Below are positions 38,968 to 49,080 of a stretch of 64,000 nucleotides of DNA, in pieces; position 1 is the first letter of the stretch, and each line of letters starts with the position of its first letter. The notes beneath the pieces are model-generated. The model did no database searches. It saw only the letters and a list, made by a program, of their open reading frames with translations, and was not told the DNA's origin. Position numbers and translations under genes: made by a program. Source of the stretch: Candidatus Micrarchaeota archaeon (lineage in GTDB: Archaea; Iainarchaeota; Iainarchaeia; JAADDC01); the NCBI GenBank assembly GCA_027046625.1, contig JALTXX010000003.1, positions 1-64,000 of the forward strand, read 5' to 3'.

Positions 38968-39042
38968 GAATGTGGCCGCAACCGGATGGGGTAGTTCATC
39001 GTGGGGTTACCCCCTCTCCCACCCTAACGCCATGCGGCCAGC
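38968..39042 (-). ncRNA. H/ACA pseudouridylation guide in the pre-16S leader
   Basis: Lower stem GGCCGCA/UGCGGCC followed by ACA; pocket UGGCGUU / AUCCGGU; upper stem with GA/GAUGA K-turn-like motif; pocket matches 16S at 37885-37900. Confidence 0.85.
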
Positions 39043-39062
39043 ATAATGTAAATAGCGTGAAG

Positions 39063-39069
39063 ATTAAAA
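39063..39069 (-). promoter_or_regulatory. Putative TATA box of the 16S transcription unit
   Basis: TTTTAAT about 21-27 nt upstream of the start of the GC-rich leader at 39042. Confidence 0.55.
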
Positions 39070-39115
39070 GGGTGACGCTGCGCAACTCTTAAAAACCCCA
39101 TTTCCTTCTTCTTCC

Positions 39116-41113
39116 GTGAAACGTGTATTAAAGGAGTTTAAGGAACTTCTGAAGGAGAAGCCAGAGGGATTTCTAGATGCAGAAAAGTTTCTTAAAGTAG
39201 CGCTTGGCACCATTACCAGGGCTGTGCATAGAAATATAGGCAGAGGATTAGGGGAGGAGGGGAAAATAAAGTTTAATTTGGAAGCTTATGATAAGGAAGG
39301 GTATAATCACATATCAGAGGCTAGGATACACGAGAAAATATCAGATAGGGTGGCCAGCCATCCAGAGATAAGGAAGATTTTGTCTATTATAAAGAAACCA
39401 AGGCTGGTGTTTGCTCCGGAGAGAGAAATTGATATCTACGATATTTACAGTGATAGACTTCCGAACATAAAAAGATATGTAGTGTTGGACAATGAAATAA
39501 TAGAGCTGTTCAAAATGTATGGCACGTACAACCCTCATTTGTTAGAAAAGGATGAACATGAACTACTATCGTACTTGCTAGCAGAAAATGAAGGAGAGGA
39601 AGAGATTATCCGCCATCTTATGTATAGATTACCAAGAGAGGAGCTGTTGGAGCGATGGGAAGATATAAGGAGGAAATTCTCTGATGAAGAGCTAAGGTCT
39701 CTCCTTGTAAGGTTTAGAGGGGACGATATACGTAACCTTCTGGATAGGAAAGAGGAGGAGCTGAGAGGTGCATTACCTTTCCTAAGGAAAGTAGGTATTT
39801 TCAACGAAAAGGTGTTGGAATTGGCCACAAGACTATCTAAACATCCGGCCTCCCATCTCCTTATACCCCACTTCAACAAGATTATGCTATTCTCTGTAAG
39901 GGAACCAGAAGAGATGGAACGATTCTTGAAGGTTGTACGGGATAACCCAGATATTTTGACCCATGTAAGGGGTCTGGATGATATAAAAAGAGTAGCTCAG
40001 GCGGAAAGGAAGGGCCTTGATCCCAAGAAGATAGAGCTCCTGCTAGAACATAATATGGATCTATCAGATGCGCACCTTTTAGATATAGAGTGGTTTAGGA
40101 ATGGGTTGAAGAGAGGAATGAGCGTGGGTACGTTGAAGAATGTATATCTCCACCCTGTGAAAAACAAAAAAGCCCTTCTAGAGCTGATTAGAAAGGTAGG
40201 TAGAGATATTTTAGAGTATGATGTGAGCGACAGGGATGTAAGCAAGCTTCTCCAGGCAAAGATAGTAGACCTAGATGCTGCTGTAAGCTTATCAAAGCTG
40301 AATATACATCTTCACCCGGAGTTCCAACGATTATATAGGGAAGGTGTGCCCCCAGAGAGACTGAAACAGCTAGAGGAGATGGGGGTAAATCCAGATATAT
40401 TAAGGGGGATACCTCCTCACAAGGTGGAGGCCATCCTATCCTATGTGGGCAATAAAATATCTGCTAAGGATGTGGAGAGCCTTCTCACCTTTAAAACGGA
40501 TGTTATAAAGAGGGGTGGAAGAAAGGAAAGAACCTCCCTAAAGGATCCGGAGAAATATGCACAGAATCTGTTGAAACATTTAAGGGTTACAAAGGATGGA
40601 TACAGGTTTAGGGGAGGCAGTGTGCCTAAGGTGTTGAGGAAGAAGGTATATAAGAGTGTAGAAGATCTCTTAAAGGATATAAAGGCTCATCTATACCTAA
40701 AATATAGTAAAGAGGATGCAGAGGAGGTTATTTCCATCTTACAGAATAAGGTGCCGTCTCTGCTACCAAATAAGGTGGTAAAGGAAGAGCAATATGTAAG
40801 GGAAAATTATGGGGATGTGGTTCCTGTCCTAAGAAGTTTATACAGATCATTACCTCATATAAAGATAAGTAGAGAAGGGGAATACATAATCTTCAGACAC
40901 ACAAAAAGCTTCCACGATAGCACTGCCCTCTTCAGTCCTAAGTTTCTAAGGATACTAAGAGAGGTTGGAGGGAGTATTAGTATTCAAAAGCCCTATGAAA
41001 AGGGAGAAAACAGGTTAAAAGTACACAGAGACGTTTTATCCTATCTTCTATCCCATGATAGTATTTCCAACGTAAGGGAGGTAAAGGAGCTAAGGAAGAG
41101 GCTCAAACTATAA
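39116..41113 (+). CDS. Hypothetical helical-repeat protein (665 aa)
   Basis: Long ORF, charged and helical; no family recognised with confidence. Confidence 0.75.
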   Translation: MKRVLKEFKELLKEKPEGFLDAEKFLKVALGTITRAVHRNIGRGLGEEGKIKFNLEAYDKEGYNHISEARIHEKISDRVASHPEIRKILSIIKKPRLVFAPEREIDIYDIYSDRLPNIKRYVVLDNEIIELFKMYGTYNPHLLEKDEHELLSYLLAENEGEEEIIRHLMYRLPREELLERWEDIRRKFSDEELRSLLVRFRGDDIRNLLDRKEEELRGALPFLRKVGIFNEKVLELATRLSKHPASHLLIPHFNKIMLFSVREPEEMERFLKVVRDNPDILTHVRGLDDIKRVAQAERKGLDPKKIELLLEHNMDLSDAHLLDIEWFRNGLKRGMSVGTLKNVYLHPVKNKKALLELIRKVGRDILEYDVSDRDVSKLLQAKIVDLDAAVSLSKLNIHLHPEFQRLYREGVPPERLKQLEEMGVNPDILRGIPPHKVEAILSYVGNKISAKDVESLLTFKTDVIKRGGRKERTSLKDPEKYAQNLLKHLRVTKDGYRFRGGSVPKVLRKKVYKSVEDLLKDIKAHLYLKYSKEDAEEVISILQNKVPSLLPNKVVKEEQYVRENYGDVVPVLRSLYRSLPHIKISREGEYIIFRHTKSFHDSTALFSPKFLRILREVGGSISIQKPYEKGENRLKVHRDVLSYLLSHDSISNVREVKELRKRLKL

Positions 41114-41138
41114 AAAGGACCACATCCTTTGAATAGGG

Positions 41139-41939
41139 ATGAGATACGTTGTGGATACTTCCCCTTCCAAGTATGAACTACCCGAAGAAGTAATCAGAAT
41201 ATGGAGAGAGGAGGATGTGCCAGATGTTTATAGGGTAAATGGAATGTATGTAGTGGATCTGCAGTTTGGAGAGCGGCGTATTATGATTGTTCCCACGGAG
41301 GAAACGGTTTATATTTTCCATAGGGATGCAAAGGAATTTCTACGATGGCTAAGAAATGTTCAAAAGAAGAAGAGGAAGTTCCTTGAGGATGTGAGAGAGT
41401 TCCTTTACCATGCCATCCAGACAGAGCTTGACAACGTTAATAACATTGTCGTTGAGATACATAAGGAAGTTTCCCGTCTTGAAAGATTTATACTGAAGGA
41501 TCTCGGAAAGGAGAACGAAGGAGCCGTTATTTCTATGTATAGATTGACATCTCTGCTTCTCCAAATAAAGAGAGACCTTACTTACTTTAACCTGTCTCTT
41601 TCCAAACTTAGAAAGCTCTTCCCACCAGATGAGATAAACGAGCTCCGTCTCTCTATAAAGGAAACACTTACTCTTATTAACCTAACACTAAACACGGCTG
41701 GTTCGCTTCTTGATGTGCACGACAAAGCTCTATCCATGGAGTTAAACCTTTTAATAAAGAGGTTGACAGCAATTTCAATAATTTTAGCTGTTATAACGAT
41801 AATTACTGGAATATACGGTATGAACTTCAGGGTTATTCCGTTGGCCGATCATCCGCTAGGCTTCTGGATTATAAACGGCTTTATGGTTATGCTATTCTTC
41901 CTCATGCTATGGTGGTTCAAGCGTATAGGATGGATGTAG
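41139..41939 (+). CDS. corA: CorA-family Mg2+/Co2+ transporter
   Basis: ITGIYGMNF signature, two C-terminal TMs. Confidence 0.93.
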   Translation: MRYVVDTSPSKYELPEEVIRIWREEDVPDVYRVNGMYVVDLQFGERRIMIVPTEETVYIFHRDAKEFLRWLRNVQKKKRKFLEDVREFLYHAIQTELDNVNNIVVEIHKEVSRLERFILKDLGKENEGAVISMYRLTSLLLQIKRDLTYFNLSLSKLRKLFPPDEINELRLSIKETLTLINLTLNTAGSLLDVHDKALSMELNLLIKRLTAISIILAVITIITGIYGMNFRVIPLADHPLGFWIINGFMVMLFFLMLWWFKRIGWM

Positions 41940-41970
41940 CTTTAAAGCAGCTACAACACATTATTTTCCC

Positions 41971-42111
41971 ATGAGAGGACAGGGTACCTTCGAGTACATG
42001 CTCCTTCTACTTGCGGTAATCGTAGTGGTTGTTATCCTCTTTTCTAATATGTTCAGCGGAGCAAGGGAGGTAAAGGGTGGCATTGAGGAAGTTGCCTCCC
42101 AGCTTAGGTAA
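41971..42111 (+). CDS. Small class III signal peptide pilin, 46 aa (not in ORF track)
   Basis: MRGQGTFEYMLLLLAVIVVVVILF...; paralog of the pilin at 37009-37197. Confidence 0.85.
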   Translation: MRGQGTFEYMLLLLAVIVVVVILFSNMFSGAREVKGGIEEVASQLR

Positions 42112-42142
42112 GCTTTAAATGGGAAAAGTATAAGAGTATAGT

Positions 42143-44659
42143 GTGAGGCTTCAAACATCCTTTGAGTATCTCCTCACGGCGGGAGCAGCCCTACTAATTA
42201 CGCTGGCTGTAGGAACCCCAGTCATCCAATCCCTCTCAAATATCCAGACCACAACAGCCCTTCCTCCCACTCCTCTCGTTGAAGGAAAAAGATATATCAC
42301 CCTTGCCTATGTAGATCCACCAAAGGGAACTACAAACACATTGTTTACCTTCTACTGTGCTGCAAAGAACGCAAGAACCATCTATTTGTATGTGGACGGA
42401 AGCTTTATTCATAGCTGTAGCGATATATCCTACTGTCAAGCAAAGAAAAGAGGATTCGCTGGCTCCGCCTCTGGAAGGGAACACCTTTTCAAGTGTAGAG
42501 TTTATACAAAGAATGGAATAGTAGAGGAGTACACCATCCCCTTCTATGTTTACAACAGGGATGTAGAGCCTCCCAGCGTAAGTGTATCGGTTAACCCCAA
42601 TTCGGGAGATCCATCCACCGTGTTTAACATTCTTTGTACAGCTACCGATAACATAGGCGTTAAAACCATCAAGATATTTGTTGACGGACTGTTAAAGCAA
42701 ACATGTAACGATTCTACCACATGCCAGTACTCTGGTGCCTTTTCGGTGGGAACTCATACTGCACAATGTGAAGCCGCAGATCTATCAGATAACACAAACT
42801 CCGCCTCCGCTACCTTTACAGTAACAGAGGCTGGTTCTACCCCTGGCGGAGGGACCTCCCCAGGCGGCGGTGGAGGAGGCGGAGGAACCACCCCTAGTAA
42901 TAATAACCCACCGGGAGGAACTCCCCCAGGTGGAGGCACCTCAGGTTCAAAACCTAAAATAAGTTGTAGCTTGCAGAATGATTTTAGTGGTAAAGTAACT
43001 GTAATATGTACTGCTGTAGTTCCGGATAAAAGTAAGTTTATTGCAGATTTTGATGTAAAGGAAGCATCCCTTCTCAATGAGGGCTATTATATCCATACGC
43101 AGTTTCCTGGAAACAACTTGGAGCTTTGTAGAGGTATACAGGGATTCCCCTCATATTGCAAGAAGTATCCAGCACCCTATACCTTTACACCATCAGATAA
43201 CTTTGTAAAGCAGGCCTTTGACACAGAGAAAGGAGTTAGGGTAGAGGTAGCATACGGAAGTTATTTGGCAACAGTAATGCTAACATATGATAGGGATGAA
43301 CTTGTGTGTAGAGGATTGACCTGGCAAAATGGCAAAGGATATGTCCGCCTGACTTTAATAGCGCAGAATTCATCTGCAATAGTGTCTAATGAAAGTGTAA
43401 CCAAAGAAACTATTATGCTACCCAACACGTTAGGCAATTGTCCCATAAGAACCGACGCGCAGCTTCTATATTATGTGGATGTAGACGGAGATTTCTCATC
43501 CGATGGCATATATACAGCATGTAAGGGATCCACGGATGATGGTCTGAAACAGATAGCTGTGAGCACCTTCCCTTTGTATAGCGTTTATGATGGAGAGTAC
43601 AGGGTTTGTAACACTAAAAGATCCATGACTAGAGGATGGTACAAGGATGGATTCTATGAGAGCCTTTCTGCTAAAGGGAAACAAAACGTAGATAAATCTA
43701 TCCGTATAGTACCCATACCATACTTTATAGATAGTGGTAAGGTAGTGGAGGGTGCTTGTGGAAGGTTTATACCTAAGAGCATGCTGGTAACCCCTGATGG
43801 AAGACCAACCACAGGCAAGGTATTTGTAAGGTGCCAATATGAGTCCTTAACCGGTGGTAGAGTGGAAAGAACATTCACATTCGATGGAACGTTGATATGT
43901 AAAGCCCTAGGAGGTAGCAACTGTACCTCATCGCCGAGAGGACCCACTCCTCCATCCGCACCACCTCCGGGCTCAAGCCCTACAACCGGAGGGTCTTTTA
44001 GTGTAGCCCTTGACGTATCCCCACAAACAGGCTACATGGGAGACAGATTCAGAGTAACATGTACCACCATAAAGGATGCAACCATTACAAAGATAGAAGC
44101 TAGGGGCGCATGGGGCTACTACAGAGAAGACCTCACAAGAGGGATGGTGTGCGACATAAACCCAAACTATCCATTCCTTCAGACATGTATCGTAAACTAC
44201 TACCCCCCAGACATAGGAACCTACACTTTAACCTGTGTAGCTGACTACCAAGGCCAAACAGCCTCCGACACCAAAACCATAATCGTTCAAGAGAGGCCAC
44301 CCAATGTTTCTCTGTCTGTATATCCAGAAACCGTAGAGTACCCGGGTAGTATCCGTGCAGAGTGTATAGTTTCTGCCACACCACGTACACATGGGTATAG
44401 AGTGGATGACGTAAGGGTGTACTTTTCGATAGATAATGGTGTTGCACGCTATGCATATTGTACTAAGGAATCTCCGGACATGAAAAGATGCAGATATTAT
44501 ACTACTACATTTACTACATTACTGAGTGTGGGTAGCCATACGGTTTCATGCATAGCCATTGGACCTGAAGGTGGTAGAGCAACCGACTATGCCACAGTAG
44601 TGGTGGAACCTCCTCCAGAGTATAGACGACCCTCCTATAGGAGAGTACCCTCTATATGA
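42143..44659 (+). CDS. Large pilin-type adhesin with Ig/PKD-like domains and Gly/Pro linkers
   Basis: MRLQTSFEYLL class III-like N-terminus; repeated V.P..G....F...C.A Ig-like units. Confidence 0.8.
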   Translation: MRLQTSFEYLLTAGAALLITLAVGTPVIQSLSNIQTTTALPPTPLVEGKRYITLAYVDPPKGTTNTLFTFYCAAKNARTIYLYVDGSFIHSCSDISYCQAKKRGFAGSASGREHLFKCRVYTKNGIVEEYTIPFYVYNRDVEPPSVSVSVNPNSGDPSTVFNILCTATDNIGVKTIKIFVDGLLKQTCNDSTTCQYSGAFSVGTHTAQCEAADLSDNTNSASATFTVTEAGSTPGGGTSPGGGGGGGGTTPSNNNPPGGTPPGGGTSGSKPKISCSLQNDFSGKVTVICTAVVPDKSKFIADFDVKEASLLNEGYYIHTQFPGNNLELCRGIQGFPSYCKKYPAPYTFTPSDNFVKQAFDTEKGVRVEVAYGSYLATVMLTYDRDELVCRGLTWQNGKGYVRLTLIAQNSSAIVSNESVTKETIMLPNTLGNCPIRTDAQLLYYVDVDGDFSSDGIYTACKGSTDDGLKQIAVSTFPLYSVYDGEYRVCNTKRSMTRGWYKDGFYESLSAKGKQNVDKSIRIVPIPYFIDSGKVVEGACGRFIPKSMLVTPDGRPTTGKVFVRCQYESLTGGRVERTFTFDGTLICKALGGSNCTSSPRGPTPPSAPPPGSSPTTGGSFSVALDVSPQTGYMGDRFRVTCTTIKDATITKIEARGAWGYYREDLTRGMVCDINPNYPFLQTCIVNYYPPDIGTYTLTCVADYQGQTASDTKTIIVQERPPNVSLSVYPETVEYPGSIRAECIVSATPRTHGYRVDDVRVYFSIDNGVARYAYCTKESPDMKRCRYYTTTFTTLLSVGSHTVSCIAIGPEGGRATDYATVVVEPPPEYRRPSYRRVPSI

Positions 44660-44711
44660 GGGAGGGCTTGGCGGGGGATACCAGCTTCCTCTTCCCTTCT
44701 GGGGTAGATAG

Positions 44712-45815
44712 TCACCTTGCGGAAACGATCTTTATTACATCTAGATGGTTTAGGGGTTGATCCTTGGGAATCCTAATGAGTTTTCTGGCATCTATCGCGG
44801 CTACAAAGTGCTTCGCTAGGTCTGAATGTATCTTCTCTGCAAGGTCAAGAGGTGTAGACCCCTTCTCTAGTATAATAGCGTCTGGTAGTACTCTTCCGGC
44901 ACTATCTGTCCAATTATGCTCGTTCTGAACAGGAAACACCACAATATGGTTTGATAAAACAGCCTCGTTTATAGCCCTTTGAACACCGGTGGAGCTCCAT
45001 CTGGATAGCACCTCCTCTGCTATAGATAGTGCTTTCTCTTGTTGGGGTGAAAGAGGCTTCAAAACCCGGAAGGAGTCATCCCCAGGAATATAATCTATGT
45101 AGCCTGACTTTGCAGCCCTTCTAAGTATGAGTTCTGAGAGGGAGGAGGTAGGGATTACATCACCATAACGCTTTTGTAGTTCCTTTACCCACTCCTCAGA
45201 GGAGGGGATATCCACCTTATTGGCCACAATAACCCTTTTCTTCCCCTTCAATATCCTATCTACAATCTCCTCTATCCCCATATCGTAGCTTATCTCTAAT
45301 GATCCAAAGGCGCTCAGCTGTTGGATGAGCCTTTCCTCCCTTTCCTCGGGAGGATAGTTTCTCACCTTCTCCAAAGCCTTCTCCACAATACCTTTTATCC
45401 ATAATCTTAGTTCCCTCTCTAGAAAGGCAACTTCCTCAACGGGATTTCCCTCTCCCTCGTTTCCTTCCATATCTGTCCTTCCAGAAGCATCCACAACGTG
45501 AATATACACTTTTTCCTGTCTTATCTGGTCTAGAAACTTGTTGCCCATCCCCCTCCCCTCATGGGCACCCGGAACCAGCCCCGCAATATCTGTAATCTTT
45601 ACAGGTACAAACCGGTTACCCATAATACAAAATCCCTTAGAAGGTTCGCAAACTCTACCCTTTTCCTGATGGGGACACGGAATCCTTATCCACGTAATCC
45701 CTATGTTTGGATCTATGGTGGTAAAGGGATAGGGAGCAGTTTTTACATTGAGCTCCGTGGCGGCATTGAAAAAGGTACTCTTGCCTGATGAGGGCTTCCC
45801 TATGAGTCCTATCAT
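44712..45815 (-). CDS. YchF/OLA1-family (Obg superfamily) GTPase/ATPase
   Basis: [41 protein letters not shown] domain. Confidence 0.93.
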   Translation of the reverse strand: MIGLIGKPSSGKSTFFNAATELNVKTAPYPFTTIDPNIGITWIRIPCPHQEKGRVCEPSKGFCIMGNRFVPVKITDIAGLVPGAHEGRGMGNKFLDQIRQEKVYIHVVDASGRTDMEGNEGEGNPVEEVAFLERELRLWIKGIVEKALEKVRNYPPEEREERLIQQLSAFGSLEISYDMGIEEIVDRILKGKKRVIVANKVDIPSSEEWVKELQKRYGDVIPTSSLSELILRRAAKSGYIDYIPGDDSFRVLKPLSPQQEKALSIAEEVLSRWSSTGVQRAINEAVLSNHIVVFPVQNEHNWTDSAGRVLPDAIILEKGSTPLDLAEKIHSDLAKHFVAAIDARKLIRIPKDQPLNHLDVIKIVSAR

Positions 45816-46651
45816 GTTCTCACAATCCTACAATAATCCACATACTTAGGGGTTGAGTAGTTTTTCCGCGCAAAGTACTCTACATACGGGGCGTTTTCAT
45901 CAAGGATGGTGTACCCGTCAATACTTATTCTAACCATTGCCTGATATGAGGTAACGGTATACTTTGCTAAGGTTTCCTCTTTTGTTCCAGTGTGGCACAC
46001 ACAGTAATAGTTTTTTGTTACCTCTTTCCAGTCCCTTGAAACGGAGAATGTAATGCTTTTATTTGTGCTTCTTGTAATTGTGGGCGTCTCTATGGTGCAG
46101 TTATAGGAAAAGATCCATGTATCTCCAGATCCGGCAATACCGTATGAAGAGCAGGAGAGCTTTACCCCCAATACATCCAACGCATTTCTAAGATCGTTGT
46201 AGAGCGTATCCAGAGTATTCTTTACATTTACGGAACTTACGTTAGGGGTAGAAGGAAATGGAGAAAGATAGTAGCCTACAACATTAGGGCATGGATCTAT
46301 ATCACTTCCTCCTGAGAGGTTCCATATGGTACATCCAATATTATTGTCAACGGATTTGCATGTTGCAGTGGTTCCACCGGGTGGAAACTGATAGAAGGAA
46401 GGAACATTCCATTTTTCGCTGCTGTCATTGCTATAATCGCCAGGGTCGAAGTTGTTGGCAAGCACCTTGTAATACTCATAGGCATAGGCTTCTGCGGCAG
46501 CCTTTACAAGTTGGAACTCTGCTACCGTAATGTGGAGGGCATGGTAATACCCAACCCACATAGGAGCCACAAAGCCCAGAGAGGAATAGTACAGACCCAC
46601 CAAATTCATGAGGGTTAATACCCCTTCAAGGGGAGAGGCAATGGTTAACAT
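45812..46651 (-). CDS. Hypothetical Cys-containing secreted protein in a pilin-like operon
   Basis: Hydrophobic N-terminus; overlaps the upstream pilin-like gene. Confidence 0.65.
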   Translation of the reverse strand: MLTIASPLEGVLTLMNLVGLYYSSLGFVAPMWVGYYHALHITVAEFQLVKAAAEAYAYEYYKVLANNFDPGDYSNDSSEKWNVPSFYQFPPGGTTATCKSVDNNIGCTIWNLSGGSDIDPCPNVVGYYLSPFPSTPNVSSVNVKNTLDTLYNDLRNALDVLGVKLSCSSYGIAGSGDTWIFSYNCTIETPTITRSTNKSITFSVSRDWKEVTKNYYCVCHTGTKEETLAKYTVTSYQAMVRISIDGYTILDENAPYVEYFARKNYSTPKYVDYCRIVRT

Positions 46652-46881
46652 CCTATCACCTCTGGTCTGTCAAGTACAGATAGATCTCCAAAGGTTTCTA
46701 TGTTTACGGTGCATATATCGGGATTTCCTCCCTTCCCCATCTCTATGGATGCTATATCACCTACCATGGTAGGCAAATCTTCGTGGGGCGGGATGTTTAT
46801 GGATCCTATAACTTGGGAAATGCCATACATAGTTAGTATGAGGAGCACAAGGTATATGGTGGAGAAGAACAAGCCCCTCAC
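46645..46881 (-). CDS. Class III signal peptide (pilin-like) protein
   Basis: MRGLFFSTIYLVLLIL. Confidence 0.65.
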   Translation of the reverse strand: MRGLFFSTIYLVLLILTMYGISQVIGSINIPPHEDLPTMVGDIASIEMGKGGNPDICTVNIETFGDLSVLDRPEVIGC

Positions 46882-47261
46882 CCGATCACCTCCAGAGAGG
46901 AGGGGGTTACCCTAATGGCAGAGCTACCCCTTGATAGTGTAGTAGTGGTACACCTTACGTTGAACCCTGGTAATTGGATGAAGTATTCGTTACTACCCCA
47001 CCTCATAGACACACTGCTACCATTGCATGAAAGCTCAATACCATTTACAGGTACGGTAACTACTGTATATTGAGTTCCAAGGATGGTGGATCTGTAGAGA
47101 GCCATCTTTATCTGAGAAAGGGACATCCTTACATAGGTTAGCACAACTGTTTCTTTGGAAACATTTTTCGTACTGTTTACCATGCCTTGGGCAAGAGGAT
47201 AGAACATTCCTAATAGTACCAGTGCAATGAGTAATACCTCAACACTTACAAACCCACGCAT
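46878..47261 (-). CDS. Class III signal peptide (pilin-like) protein
   Basis: MRGFVSVEVLLIALVLLG. Confidence 0.8.
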   Translation of the reverse strand: MRGFVSVEVLLIALVLLGMFYPLAQGMVNSTKNVSKETVVLTYVRMSLSQIKMALYRSTILGTQYTVVTVPVNGIELSCNGSSVSMRWGSNEYFIQLPGFNVRCTTTTLSRGSSAIRVTPSSLEVIG

Positions 47262-47299
47262 TAATAACTTATTAACACCTTCCTCTCAAATACCTATCG

Positions 47300-48508
47300 A
47301 TGTTATGGACAAAGAAGTATAGACCAAGAAGGGTGGAGGACTTCTTAGGAAATGACGAGGCAAAGAAGATTGTAAAGATATGGGCAGATAGTTGGAGGGA
47401 GAATAGACCCCAGAAGCCTCTCCTGTTCTACGGTCCCCCAGGAACTGGGAAGACCTCTATGGCCTATGCGGTGGCAGAGGAGTATGGATGGGATATTATA
47501 GAAATGAACGCCTCTGACACAAGGGACAGTAGTACAGTGGAGAGGGTACTAGGATCGGCGTCCCAATCACTTTCTCTATTTGGAACAAGAAAGCTCATTC
47601 TCATAGATGAGGTAGACGGCCTCTCTCCAAGGGAGGATGCAGGAGGCTTAAAGGTGATACGAGAGATACTTGAGAAGTCCAAGAATCCTACTATTCTTAC
47701 AGCTAACGATGCGTGGAATCCTTCAGTAACACCTCTCCATCCTTATGTGAGGATGGTGGAGTTTAGGAGAGTACCTCCTTACCAGTTGGCAAAGTTCCTT
47801 ATGAAGATTCTAGAAGAGGAAGGAATCCCCTATGAAAAAGAGGCCATCGAGTATCTTGCCAGGAAGGAAAGTGGAGATGTAAGATCAGCGTTGCTTGATC
47901 TTCAAGCTGTTGCTAGATATGGGGTGAAGATAACCCTGGAGATAGTGAAGGATTTAGGTTACAGGGATAGAGAGGCCAATATCTTTGAAGTGCTTGCTCG
48001 TATCTTTAAGAGCGAACATGTTATGAGACCGTTCACCCTCCTTTCAACCCTTGATGTGGATCCTGATATTCTCCCCTTCTGGATAGCGGAAAACATACCG
48101 AGGGAGTATGAGAGACCTGAAGAGATAGGTGAGGCATTTAGATGGGTTTCTAAGGCAGATGTTTATAATGGTAGAATATTAAGGAGACAGTACTGGGGAT
48201 TTTTGGCATACGCGCAGGAATTGCTTATAAACGGGGTTATAATAGCTAAAAAGAGACCCTACAAGAAGTTTACCAGGTACTCATACCCAGAATGGCTTAG
48301 GTTGCTGTCGAGGTATAAAGATAAACTTCAAAAGAGGAGAGAAGCTGCCAAAAAGCTGGCAAAACTGTTCCATACATCTTCAAGGAGAGTACTTATGGAT
48401 ATTATGCCGTATCTACCTCTTATCATGAAGAACGAAGCGTGGAAGAGTACTATTATGAGGAAAGCAAGATTAACAGAGGAGGATTTAAAAGCGTTAGGTA
48501 TATCTTAA
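47300..48508 (+). CDS. rfcL: Replication factor C large subunit
   Basis: WTKKYRP, GPPGTGKT, EMNASDTR, LIDEVDG, WIAENIP. Confidence 0.94.
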   Translation: MLWTKKYRPRRVEDFLGNDEAKKIVKIWADSWRENRPQKPLLFYGPPGTGKTSMAYAVAEEYGWDIIEMNASDTRDSSTVERVLGSASQSLSLFGTRKLILIDEVDGLSPREDAGGLKVIREILEKSKNPTILTANDAWNPSVTPLHPYVRMVEFRRVPPYQLAKFLMKILEEEGIPYEKEAIEYLARKESGDVRSALLDLQAVARYGVKITLEIVKDLGYRDREANIFEVLARIFKSEHVMRPFTLLSTLDVDPDILPFWIAENIPREYERPEEIGEAFRWVSKADVYNGRILRRQYWGFLAYAQELLINGVIIAKKRPYKKFTRYSYPEWLRLLSRYKDKLQKRREAAKKLAKLFHTSSRRVLMDIMPYLPLIMKNEAWKSTIMRKARLTEEDLKALGIS

Positions 48509-49066
48509 GAGGTGCTTCAGAAGATCCTCCTCTTCTTTTAGCTGTTTTTCTACCTTTTCAAGGAGCTTCAACTTGTTTGTTATAAGGGTACTTTTAACCC
48601 TTCTTGTTTCATCTATGAAGCTGCCAACAGAAGATTTTTTGTACACAGGGCTATTCTCTATCGCTTCTCTAAGCCTCTCCCTGTATTCTCTGTCCTTTTG
48701 TAGCTGTTCAAGGATTTTTCTGCCCCTTTTGTCATCTAATAATTTTTTCACATCCAAGGAGTCTGTAATGTCTTTGTAGTCCCGATCCACCATTCTCAGA
48801 AGTAGGTGTCTAAGGTAAAGGGTATCAAGAGATACACTTCCTTTGTTGAGGGAGGAAACCTTTTCCTTCTCCCTTTTTATACGCCTTAATTCTTCCCTTA
48901 TCTCCGAAAGCCTCTCCTTTATTTGTTGCTTAGAAGGGTAGATAATCTTTACCGAATCTTTTTCTATCTTTAGCCTTAATATCCCTCCTCCCTTTACATA
49001 CTTCTCTACTTTCTCGTCGTTCAGATATTTTTTCAGCTGTTGTGCGGATGCTATGAGTACCTCCAC
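48494..49066 (-). CDS. Hypothetical coiled-coil protein
   Basis: 190-aa K/E-rich ORF downstream of AMP phosphorylase. Confidence 0.65.
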   Translation of the reverse strand: MEVLIASAQQLKKYLNDEKVEKYVKGGGILRLKIEKDSVKIIYPSKQQIKERLSEIREELRRIKREKEKVSSLNKGSVSLDTLYLRHLLLRMVDRDYKDITDSLDVKKLLDDKRGRKILEQLQKDREYRERLREAIENSPVYKKSSVGSFIDETRRVKSTLITNKLKLLEKVEKQLKEEEDLLKHLLRYT

Positions 49067-49080
49067 CCTATAATAACATC

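Noticed and set aside
42830-42950. GGC/GGA-rich repeats as a non-coding repeat or CRISPR-like array
   Set aside because: They encode an in-frame Gly/Pro linker; no regularly spaced repeat-spacer array was seen anywhere in the window.
44660-44711. GC-rich intergenic stretch as an sRNA or terminator hairpin
   Set aside because: Only weak, G-U-rich pairing and no C/D or ACA motifs.
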